From: Lingula anatina
Taxonomy: Eukaryota > Animalia > Brachiopoda
Direction of reading: 5' to 3'
Length of the DNA: 64,000 bases
Assembly (NCBI GenBank): GCA_051362555.1
Contig: CM120646.1
Span: 22,940,001 to 23,004,000, forward strand
The position numbers and the translations under genes are program-made. The notes under the pieces were generated by a model, which worked only from the letters and a program-made list of their open reading frames with translations, was not told where the DNA came from and ran no database searches. Shown piece after piece: positions 28,063-39,800 of this stretch. How positions within the stretch are numbered: position 1 is the first letter of the stretch; each line of letters begins with the position of its first letter.

Positions 28063-31000
28063 TCAACATTTTTCTTCCACATTGTACTTGTCCATGTCCT
28101 CGTACAGTTTCTCCTCAAACTTCCCCAGAGTAAGAACATCACTCTCCGAGGCCAGGAGGACATCCAAGGAGTTAACAATGTCTTTGAATGTTGACCTTGA
28201 ACTTGGGACTTCTTCCCAGCAGGACAACATGATGATGTACCTGGAACGATACACGACAAACAAGGACTATTATTGCTCATCATTCAGTAAAATTACACTT
28301 GACAAGCATTACAGTTTTTTAAACACATGGCAGGCCCGTAGCCAGGGGGGGGTTCGGGGGGTTAGAAAGAACCGCCCCTTTGTTGGGAAAATGTCCACTC
28401 TGGGTAAAATTTGATCTAGGTACTTGCAGTTTTTATGAGAAAAGGTCCACTTTTTCAGAAAAAGAACCCCCCTTTTGAAAACTGCTGGCTACAGGCCTGC
28501 ATGCATATATGTATATCAAAATTAACATTGCACACTCACATGCCCAGTGAACAGTGTGGTGGTTGGGGCATCTGGTATCCCTCAGTTACAGCTTCCATCA
28601 CCTGCTTGGCTGACATACCAGGATAGGGACTGGAACCTAACCAATATACAAGCAGCAGTGAGAATATTGTACTCACGTAAAATACTGTCACTGTCAGAAT
28701 AAAAGAAACTATACTTAACAATCTGATCAAGATTACTGAAGATACACATTGTGTGAATGAAAATTCAGTGTCAAATATTACGCAAATAATAATAATAATG
28801 ATAATATTAATATTCAGACAGATAATAATTATAATAACATTTATTAGAAACTTATTCAGTTACTATTTGCACCACATTCCTGGGATACAGAAGATATTTT
28901 ATTGAAAGGATACAAGATATTGAATAACAATCTGTAATTCTCAAAATTCAAATTCAGCGGTCATACATGGCATCATAAAATCATGATTACCTGTTGAACA
29001 ATTAGAACACAAGTGATCACAGTTTCATAATACTTGTTTGCTAAACATTCTTTCAATATAACAACAAGAACATTCCAATACTTTTATGAGCTTGACCATC
29101 TGGCAACATTCTTACCCAGTGTGACAATCTCCCAGAGCAAGACTCCATAGGCCCAGACATCAGACTGCGTGGAATATATATTGTCAAACAGAGCTTCTGG
29201 GGACATCCAGCGGATTGGCAAGCGACTCTGTTAAAGAGTAACATTAAGAAAAGGTATATCTGTTATGTGGTCATTATAACTGTCAGCTGATAGCACCTAC
29301 ACCTATATCTGTACATAAATTTATTTACATATCCTTACAATACATACAATGTGTGGTTATATGCAATTAACATACACTATGCAAGGGCAGATCCAGAGGT
29401 ATTTTCTGCCAGGCTTCCAAATTGTCTTTATTGATCTATCCCCCATTTTTGACAGTCTTCAGACAGAAAAAAATTAGATACCTGTCAATGTAAACTTGAA
29501 AATCTGATCGTCTTCTCTTCCAGAAGACCCAGAAGACGGCCTAAATCTGCGCCTGTACGGGTGTTATATCATATATATACCTCACAATATATAGGGATAA
29601 GTAATATAAATCATGTGCACTGAGCAGTAACACTTCTTGAAGTCTGCTAGTACTGATAATCGATAAAATAACTATCCAAGATTGCTAATGCCGAATTTCA
29701 GGTAAGAATTCAAAGTAACTTTTTTGGCTTTCATGTACAAAGGCGTTTACTAACCTGCGATTGTTTTATGTAAGTGTGACTTTCAATGACGTCCTTAGCA
29801 AAGCCAAAGTCAGAAATCTTGCAGGTTCTATCCTCTGCTACCAAAATGTTTCGTGCAGCAAGGTCTCGGTGAAGAATCTACAATGTAAATATTGAGATTG
29901 TTGATCTCACGGTGTAATGAAGATGTTGGCACATCTTATTTTCTTTTAAAGTTTATAAGAAAATTATCTTTAATGACTATATGAGGCAAAAATTGGTGAG
30001 ATGGAAAATGGACAAAATAAGCAATAGAAAGAATTAACTATTTTCATAAAACAATTGTTTATCCTAGCTTACCGCCATTGATGAAAGATATGACATTCCA
30101 TTGGCCACATCTGATGCAAACTTCATCAGATCACGTGGTGTCAAGGAGGAGCTGATCCCATGTAAATTACCATACAGCACTTTCTGTTTTGAACGGTCAT
30201 TTCGTAGGTAGTCCTGGAGATTTCCGTTTGGAAGGTACTCAACAATAATTAGTGGCACAGCTAAAACAAATAACTTCAATTTATTTAAAAAGAATATGTC
30301 AATTTATTTTAAGTTTGGCATGTTTACCACTTGCTCAGGTGTTCCACAGGAAGCTTTTGAAATTGCAAAAAAAAAATAAATAAAATAAAATAATAAAAAA
30401 TAATAATAATAATAATTAACAAAGCTATATGAATTCATTGCTTCATTTAAAGTGATTAGAAAATTTACAAAAAATTTAAAACTTTTATATTATATAACAT
30501 GTCTACATACCATCATCTCGAGTGCAGGATCCTAAAAGCTCGACCACGTTTGGGTGAGATTGGAGTTCCAGCATCACTTTCAGTTCTTTCATCATCTCAC
30601 TGTAGAGGGATATGTCACTTGTATCTACAAATATAAGTTTATCTTATTGAATGAAGTACATGCTGAAATCATCAGGTTTTTAATTGACCTGGAGCATCAA
30701 AAATATATGAAAAATGTTGGAATATTTACCCTTTGCAGTTTTAACTGCAGCAATGCTCCAATTCTGTTTTCCATCAAGGTTGAAAATGTTGCCCCTAAAG
30801 ACCTGACCAAAAGCCCCGCTTCCTATCTTTTCCATCAACTTGATATTCTGTCTTCTTATCTCCACATCTCTCTCCTGAATCTCTGCATACTGGGGCTCCT
30901 CCATTGGATTAAACTTTAAGTTTAAATTGGTATAAATATCAACATCAAGATATGGCACCAAAGCTGTCAAATGTACAGAGAAAAATTACTCAAAAAGTAG

Positions 31001-34000
31001 AAAATAATGTTGTACAAAATAGTTTATTTTATCAATACAGAAGCAATAATACATTATGCTTAGCAGCAAAGTTAACACCAAATTTTAATTAAACATAATC
31101 TGAAAAATGAGAATTTCACTAAAATGCATTACCTCCAGAAAACAAACCGTTTTTTTTTACTCAAGCTGTATCTAGGTCTAGTCAAACAAACAGGCTTTTT
31201 TTGTCAGAAAAATGTCTGCACTGGGTAAAATTTGATCTATGAACACAAAGGCTTAATGGCAAAAGGTATATTGTTTCAGGAAAAGAACCCCTCCCCCCCT
31301 CTCCCACTTTGAAACTGTTGGCTACAGGCCTGAATCATAATTTCACAAACTCTTACACAGCATTACACGACATTACGTAACATTACCACTTGATGTTCTG
31401 TAATGAAGTTGGTGTTGACAGGCCATTCATATGGCTCTTCTTTACTCCTTAGCTACAAAAGTACCCGGTAGGAAAACGAATGTTAACATATCATTCTTTT
31501 AAAAATTGCAATCAAATGAAATCAATAACAATATAATGATGGCAATATAATTATTTTCAGTCTTTATTCCTTAAAAATTTCAGTAGACTTTATCACATAT
31601 AAAATTTACAAAAATTTATAGATAAGAGTGTTAAATTAGTGTGTGTATGTATGCATGTGTGTGTGTGCGCGTGCATTCTCAGTTCCTTTAGATCTTTCAG
31701 TGATTTCTGTGCTCCTATTTGTCTTAGGTAAATTGGCAGCTTGTTCCACTAGCTGTGCTGGTGCAGCTATACAAAATGATATGTCACCATATGTCAATGA
31801 TATTCCTTCTATTTTACCAGTAACTACCACATGGCAATTATGTAACATTACCACTTGCTGTTCTGCACTGAGGTTTCTGTTGACAGGCCTTTTGTATGTC
31901 TCTTCATTACTCCTTAGCTGCGAAAGCAGGAAAACAAGTGTTAATATTTCATTCATTAATAATTCGTTCTTTTAAAATTACCATCAAATGATGTCAATAA
32001 TATTCATCCTACAATATTTCACCTGTAAACTATCACTTTTAATTTAAAAAATATACTGTAAGTAATAGCTGTTATCACAAGCAACTCATTACACAAGGAC
32101 TGTACATGTACTATAATTCACAGACTTTATGACCAATCTTTAATCCAGGCCTTGCATTTTTGAGTATGACATTCACCTCTCCACTCACAAAAGTCTGAAG
32201 CTCTTCAACTTCATCCTCTGCATTGTTTTCCTGTGACACTACAATGACAAATAGATGGGTAAGACACATGCATCTTCAAATGAGGAAGGGGGGATCAGGG
32301 AAAATTTGGGAGCAAGGTGTATCAGCATCAGAATAGGAGGAAATGAACTAGGTGAAGTACTTTAATTACAGAGAAAAATCTGAAAAGAAATGCATTTTAA
32401 AATATTAATTAATTTTTAAGTGAATGAATCTGACATGGCCATATTGGGTGAAGAACTTTCTAAAATTATTGAAAGGTCCATTTTCAAGTATGACAAGAAA
32501 AAACTTTCTTCAACGGTTAATTGTTTTCACTAAAGACCAACAAAATTTTCAAGTTTTTACTTTAATCGGGGTAGGGGGCATAGGGAAACACATAGCCTTC
32601 TCTGTATGATTCACCGAAAGCAAGCAATTTGCTAATACATTATCTCCAATCAACTTAGTCTACTACCAGTCATCTCAAATAGCAGCCCCAAGGTCAAATC
32701 TTAAAACTTAAATACCATAGTTACTTGAACAAAACAAATTTTAAAGGTAAAGTTAATTTTTAGGAAAGTTTTTTTACATAATCAAAATCAGAGGTGTACA
32801 GTAAATGGGTATAATACTAGTATGCAACACACATTTGGACCCAACTTTAGGTCTGTTAGTTCTTTGCCTATATAATAAGAAAATGTCCTAACATTTCCAA
32901 CACAGAGTGTAAGACGCTACTCCCCCCCCCCCCCCCCCCCCCCCCGACTCAAACAACTCCCAATTAACTTAAAAAATTTTCTAACAACAAATTTTGAGTT
33001 AAAAAACAAAACCTTATTTTGGTTCATACTGTTAACAATTACAGTTCACAAGAGAAACTACCAATATGATAAATGAGAAACATTCCAATATTGTTTTCAT
33101 GATTGAAATTATGCACGTCAATAAGGTGCATAATGAGATTAAATTATCAATTGATTTCAATTTTATCAATTTTTCTAGCTGGATTCAAAATTACTTTTAA
33201 ATACCTTTTTCTTCTCCTCTTGTTTCTTGTTTCTTCTTGATGCAGTAGGTGTAGGTGACATAAGCCAAGACAATAATCACAATGACCCCCAGGATGGTCC
33301 CTATTATCCCCCCTAGGGCCTCACCAGATAGACCCCCCACTGTGGCCCCAGTAGCTTGCTCTGAAATGATGTCAAGTAAAAAAATGGTATTCCCCATCAC
33401 AACAGGTTTATTCTGAGCATTAATTTAAATTATTGTAACAAGTCAAAATGTCTTTGGAAATACTGACCTGAAATCCAACTACCATCACTTATCAATAATT
33501 ACCACCTCAAATTCACATATATAACTTATTGTTATTGTTAAAATACCACTATCCCAAGTCTGTTGGAGGAAATCCCAGTAACTGACATGTACATGAGAAA
33601 AGTTAACCAAGTAGTAAATCATTAAAGTACCACTTTTACCTGAAAGTGAAATTCTCAAGACCTTGCTTGGTGGATCATTCAACTGGTTCAAAATGTTACT
33701 GGCCTGACACTCATAGTATCCAGGTTTCTGAATGTTATTCAGGTTAAGAACAGAGGAGTTATCACGATTTCCGCTTCGTGCTTCTCTGGTGTTGGATAGC
33801 TCTTCTCGATAAAACCACTTGAAGTTAGGTTGAGGGTCACCAGTGGCTGAGCAAATGAGAGTGACGGCTGAACCTTTGACAAACTCAACACTGCCCATTG
33901 CTGAGTCTATGATGGGGAGGGCACCTGTGGTGGTATAGGTGATCTCAGGGTTGCTGGCAGCAGCTGAAATATTGTAATGTAAAGAACCCTTGGGTGTTGA

Positions 34001-36436
34001 ATGATACAATCACCATGAAAGAGGCATACAGAAAATATATACATAAATATTATGTGAGCATAATTGTCACTTTAGTAAATGGAGTATTAGCAATGCAGAT
34101 GTAAACAGCAGTTAAACTAATTAATTTGTCCTGAATTACCATGACTGCCAATTTTACTATAAATACCAATATTAACTAAGGGATACCTGACACAAATTAG
34201 TTGACATATATAACAAAGAGGAAATGATAGACTTTCAACAAGATGGTAAAAAATGCAGCATAATTTCAGTTTTAATTTGATAAAATTTTATCCAAGATCA
34301 ATACAAGGGCTAAGATCAAAAAAGGAAGATCAAAGATTAGTTCGTAATTTTTTATATAAGAAAAAAAAAGCTGTTTACTCCAGGAATATCCATCAAATTG
34401 TAGGCATTTGCATACATGCATTTGACCTTACGGTCAGTCATGTTTGTATCTTGAAAAAGTTCTTATTTTTTCTAATTCAGGTCTTAAACACAACAAAACC
34501 CTTTAATTAAAGTTGACATGAAGCATATCTACATGCAGTGTTGTTACATATTGTATCTTTTACTTACTCAGTGACACACTGGCCGACTTCTGTCCAATCA
34601 TACATGTAAACTGTGCACCATCATCAGAGGCCGAGACATCTACTCTTAGCTCACTCTGTCCATTATATGTGCAACCATCACTGTTCAGGACAGGGTCACT
34701 AGACTGAGCCTCTGAGGTCCTATTTTGTTGCTGACTGTTCAGAGTCTGGTACCATGTGATCCCCTTGGCTGGACGTCCTAGCTGACCAGAGCACATAAAC
34801 TTTGTTGACCCCTGGTCATTTAATTGTTGGGTGGTCAAGACAGGGTTTTCACTGGGCTCAACTATAATATATACACACATATATATTTTTACTATATATT
34901 TAATAGTTGGGTATTCAAGACAAGAACTTCACTGGGCTCCACTCATATAATAGGAATAAATATACTAGTATGGATGTTAACTTGATTTGCTTATAAAGTG
35001 CAACAGCATTTTCTAGCTGATAGCAAATTACATTGTATGTATATACCTACTGAATGAGTGATCTTTGAAAAGTTTTTTTGAAAATCTATAAAAATTTTTT
35101 TTAAATATTTATCTTAATTGTTTAGCTTTGAAAATATCTGAATCAATCAAATAATTATGCTACATAAATCTCTATTAAATAGACCTGTTCTGTCCTTAGG
35201 TAGCTGTGTCTCTGTCCTTTAAATTATCACAATTTCTAATTGTCTGTTGGTGATTTTTAACTAATCACAGCACTAAATATGTTTTGACTAAAAAAATCCT
35301 TTTGTTAATATATAGTGATGAGGAGAATGTGCAATATACTGGTAAGTGTTTTAGGTTTTGTAGTTTAAAAAAAAAAAACTTAAAATACAAGCATATAATA
35401 CAGACATTTCATTAAAAAGCAACTACTGTAACTGTTTTTTAGCTTTCACTTCAATGTTAGGACATATAAACACTTCAAGTCCAGTGTTATATGCAAAGAA
35501 AAAAAAGTTGCTCAGTTATGTTTCTTATTTAAATAACCATTTAAACTGGTTCTCAATTAATAAGCATAATATAAAGAAACCATGATGTTACCTTTTATCA
35601 CCAGCTCTTGTGAATAGGTTTCTTTTGGAGCTCCTCTCACATTCACTCTACACCTATACTGTCCCTCATCTCCTGGACATTGTGTTTGCTGGATATTTAA
35701 TGTGGTAGTTTTGGTACTTTCTGACAATGTTCCAGATAGTCTGGCCTTATCAGGGCCAAAGCTATATTGTGCACCATCAGGATATAGTTCAAAAATATTC
35801 TCAGAGCCTTTGTACCAGCCAACAACAGCTAATGTTCCTGATGCTGTATATGTACACTGCAATGTTGTTGTTTCTCCAGGTACGCCAACAACTGTAGTTT
35901 GGGTTACAATTCCAGAAACTAAAAACATAAAAGGCATATATATTTGAACTCGAGACAAAGGTATTTAAGATTTGGAATCTTTAACAAAAATATGTAGAAT
36001 ATGTACATGTAACGTTATATAATGATTAGATAAAAATAGGGAAAATGCATTTCAAAATGCATTCCTATTGACGGTTCTAATACGTGCCCAGCAGACAAAC
36101 GACATTGATTCACCGTTGAATCAACGTTAATTTTGGTGGATCTTGTTACGTTGAAACAAAGTAGAATCAATGTCGTTTGCCTGCAGGGCGCTAACGCATG
36201 AATTTTCGTGCTAAGTCAACTCAAGGGCCAACAGTCATGTACCTCTTCTTCTGTGATTATAAATCCTTTGCTAATCACAATTTGAAAAGATCACGTACAT
36301 TAGAAGGAAATGCAACATCGATCATAATTGCGAGTATATTAATTAACTCTAACTTACCTGCTAACAGCAAGATTACGATGACAAACAACGGTTCAAAACT
36401 GAATTTAGATTGACTTGATAAACAAAAAAGAGCCAT
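28063..36436 (-). CDS. Gene B: Ig-domain receptor tyrosine kinase (V-C2-I ectodomain, TM, Cad96Ca/Stitcher-like, RET/FGFR-related kinase), about 789 aa, 15 coding exons
   Basis: Exons 36436-36358, 35918-35592, 34861-34568, 33963-33640, 33360-33205, 32238-32177, 31917-31852, 31452-31387, 30913-30730, 30624-30511, 30260-30073, 29877-29755, 29227-29116, 28636-28540 and 28240-28063 total 2370 nt in one frame. Kinase motifs: [64 protein letters not shown]. The features [14 protein letters not shown] and C-terminal EEKC resemble Cad96Ca-type kinases as I recall them. The 30913 acceptor (aag) is inferred from phase and conservation with D. Confidence 0.9.
28331..28499. mobile_element. MITE with TIR CAGGCCCGTAGCCAG / CTGGCTACAGGCCTG
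   Basis: Present in the last intron of B and absent at the equivalent site in D (about 59570). Decayed relatives lie near 31190-31332 and 61960-62080. Confidence 0.7.
29383..29555. mobile_element. MITE with GGGCAGATCCAG / ATCTGCGCCTG-type ends
   Basis: Related fragments at 42255-42382 and 60470-60500 (reverse); similar ends at 6513-6676. Confidence 0.5.
36087..36188. mobile_element. ~100-bp hairpin MITE with CCCAGCAGACAAACGACATTGATTC TIR (EnSpm/CACTA-like) in gene B intron 1
   Basis: The right end GAATCAATGTCGTTTGCCTGCAGGG is a near-perfect reverse complement of the left end. Confidence 0.6.
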
Positions 36437-36819
36437 TTTTCAACTGTGGAAACCCAGTCTTCTACAAATAAAATTAGAGATTGATCAGTTCCCAATTCCC
36501 CATACAGTGTTTAAAACTAAATCCCATAATGTTCATTGGTTCCAGAATAAGCGATACATCCTGTTAGTCATTTGCCTCCATTTTTTTTTTCTTTTTTTGC
36601 ACTCGGTTCGTGTATAGCAGAGGAAGTCCGAAAACTGAGACAGTTTAAAATTAATCATATAGCTCACACGGAAATGAACACAATCTACATATAACAATCA
36701 TCTTTTCATGATCTAACTAAAAATAATTTGCCAGGTTTGATGATTATGTGATTTGGGAGCATATTCTAGCTGTGTTTTGGACGGTGAGAAAGTTTTAAAA
36801 GTGGGCGTAACTTATTCAC

Positions 36820-39800
36820 AAGAAATGTACTTCTTTTCCAAGAAGATACAAAACCCAATTGACAAAAATTTATACAAATTACCAATGACACCTTAAAAAT
36901 GAGTAAAAATACAAGAAATGAAGCTATGAAAAAGTATTTTAGCATTCCCAGGGGAAATACTGCGACATGCTTTGTGAAAAAAGTGTCTGGCTAGCTTGCC
37001 TTATCCTGTGGCGCCATCTGGTACTGCATTAAAATAGGTTGAAGCAGGGTCTGAAATTGCTTGTCCTCAGTGGGTCATGTTTTCAGTGGGTAGGTGCCCG
37101 CTAATGCTAAAGAGTTTATACAGTATGTAATCGCCAATAGAAAAAAATACATCTCCAATTTTTCTAGCAGCTTTTTGGGTTGCATTCTAAATCTTGTAAA
37201 TATATACTGTACTGTGAAAACTTGGGCGCCTACCAAGCTTCACAAAAGTTCACATACAAGTAATTTAAAAAATACTGGGACAAAATTTTACACTACACTA
37301 AGACTTGGACATAATTATGTCCAAGACTAAGATGATGGTGCTCTACTAAAACGGGCATACCTAGATGAATTAATACACGTTGATGTACTGTTAAACACTA
37401 AAGCCATAGTATATCATGGAGTACGTGCCAATTCAAGGAGTAAAGGCAATTTATGTAGAAGTTTGGTGTGTGTGCTGGTTAATTTGTGGGTTAAGTGGTT
37501 AATGTGGTTTATATTTCCAAAGGGTATGCTGTTTTTTGCTTTTTTTTCAGCATATTTTATCCACATTTTCTAGATATCTACATGTATTTTACCTGTAGTG
37601 CATAATTTAAAACTAATGGTGATTGTTACTGACAAATATATCTGTATTGCTTGGAGACAGTTCCCACAGATATTTAGATGGATCTATCCCCCTGGGGAGT
37701 CTCACTTGATTGCTGTCAGCTTAACCAGCTTAAATGTCTGCCTCGCCTATTTAAAGCTGTAAGGGGGTAATTAACTTGTGTGCACGCTCGGCTCCCAGAA
37801 GCTGACAGCAATTTAGCATGAACCCCCAGGGAGTTAGGCCGATCCAGATGGATCGATCATAAACTGTGGAAACCCAGTCTTGGAGTGTAGTGTGATATCG
37901 ATGACTATGTTTTGCTGTTAGTATGGGAGATGTCATGTTGAGCCTTTCTGTAAAGAAAAAAAGAGAAAAGATTTCCTTAAAGAGTTTTTGTTGTAATATA
38001 TTAGACAAATCATCACAGCAGTACGTAGTTGTAATTGTTGTTGTTGCCAATGTTGATACACGCAGTTGAGGTTGTATTCAGAAGACACCTGCAACAGTGA
38101 TTATAATCTGTTAAATAAGCATTATGTAATATTGCATTAAATTGATAAAAAATAATGTTTTGTGTAGTGCCACTATACAAAATTCTTAAAAGGAAAACTG
38201 TGTTCCTTGTTATTTTTTAACTTACAAGAATGATTGACATACAGCTCAAATTGGCAAACCAGCTTGACTGGATAATTTTTCTTTCTTGTTATCTTTCTTG
38301 TTATCTTGTTTTTGTATTATTGCTATTATATCTCTGTACATTTTCACCGGCTCATTCTGGTGTAGAAAGTATGAATAAAGCATATAAACTATTTAGCCTC
38401 AGCAGGCTCCAACCCACTGAAGACATACATGACCCACTGAGGATCGACAGGCATTTTGGGTACTGTTGGGTTGAAGTCAGGTCACAATACATGTTTATTT
38501 CAATTTGAACCTCCTAACAGTTTAATGACTATTAGTAACAGGATTTATCACTTATGCTGGAATTAGTGAACATTATAGGATTTAGTTTGCTACACTAGAT
38601 TGAGAGTTTGGAACTGATCAAACGCTAACTTTATTTGTTAATTTGCAGACGACATTCCTGTTGAAAAATGGCTGTTTGTTGTTTATCATCAAGTCAATCT
38701 AAATTCAATTTTGAACCATTGTTTGTCATCGTACTCTTGCTGTTAGCAGGTAAGTTAGAGTTAATATGCAGGGAATAATGAATGTAGCATATCGCACTAA
38801 TGTGATCTTTTCAAATTGTAATTAGTAAAGGATTTAACTGCAGAAGAAAAATATGCAGTGCTAATTGAATTACTAATACATATTGCCCTGATTTGCTGGA
38901 GTTTCAGGTAAGAAGTGGATGCATGTTTAAATAATGTAATATTGATTTTAGAATTCAGGGATTTGTTTTACAACTCACCCAGACTTCTTCCCAAGCAGTC
39001 TTAGGGAAAACGTTGATATAAAAATTTGGGTAGGATCAACAGTTTAAAAGTTTGGTGGTACCAGTTCAAACTTTTACCCATCCTGTGCATAGGATCAGCA
39101 AAGGCCAAAAGTTTTGGCCATTTCTGATGACCATTCGATTTCAAGGATTCAGATTTTTGTCAGGTACTTTTAAGTTACTTTGCTCTTTACCATGAGGAAA
39201 AAAAGTTTACAGTGTACATAACATATTTTTTTAAGTTACCAAATCTTAAATACCTTTTTCTTATATTTCAAATATATACCTTTTATGTTTCTAGTTTCTG
39301 GAAATGGATCACAAAATACAGTTGTTGGCATACCTGGAGAAACAACAACATTGCAGTGCACATATTCAGCATCAGGAAGATTAAATGATGTCAGCTGGTT
39401 CAAGGGCACTCAGCAACTACTTTCACAATATCGAGATGGTGAACAATTTCTCTTTGGCCCTGATAAGGCCAGACTATCTGGGACATTGTCAGAAAGTACC
39501 AAAACTTCTACACTTAATATCCAGCAGACACAATGTCCAGGAGATGAGGGACAGTATAGGTGTGAGGTGAATGTGAGAGGAGCACCAGAAGAGATAAATT
39601 TACTACAGCTGATGATAAAAGGTGATCAATCATGATTTATTTATTTATATTTCATTTCTTCCTGACTTTCTTTTTCTCTTTCTGTCTCTCTTTATTTACT
39701 TCTGAAAACATTTAACTCTTTATTATTTTTCATTTGACTCCCATTAAAAAGCTTTGGGAGTCGTCATGACTCTCAAAATAAAAAGCCTAGGGGAAACCCT

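Noticed and set aside
30914-30963. Upstream acceptor at 30963 extending kinase exon 1 ([11 protein letters not shown]..)
   Set aside because: It needs a phase-1 junction but the preceding exon ends in phase 0, and the acceptor is not conserved in D.
31636-31766. ORF extension [12 protein letters not shown] as an exon making a kinase-less B isoform
   Set aside because: The acceptor is out of phase with the upstream exon, the ORF ends in a microsatellite and it is absent from D; only intron retention would use it.
34905-34945. Short degenerate duplicate of the Ig2 exon start in gene B intron 2
   Set aside because: About 35 bp, diverged and with a poor acceptor; no support for a functional alternative exon.
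28063-36436. Naming gene B as FGFR, RET or Cad96Ca
   Set aside because: The ectodomain lacks the cadherin domains of RET/Cad96Ca and I see no FGFR hallmarks such as the acid box; orthology needs a phylogeny, so no symbol is given.
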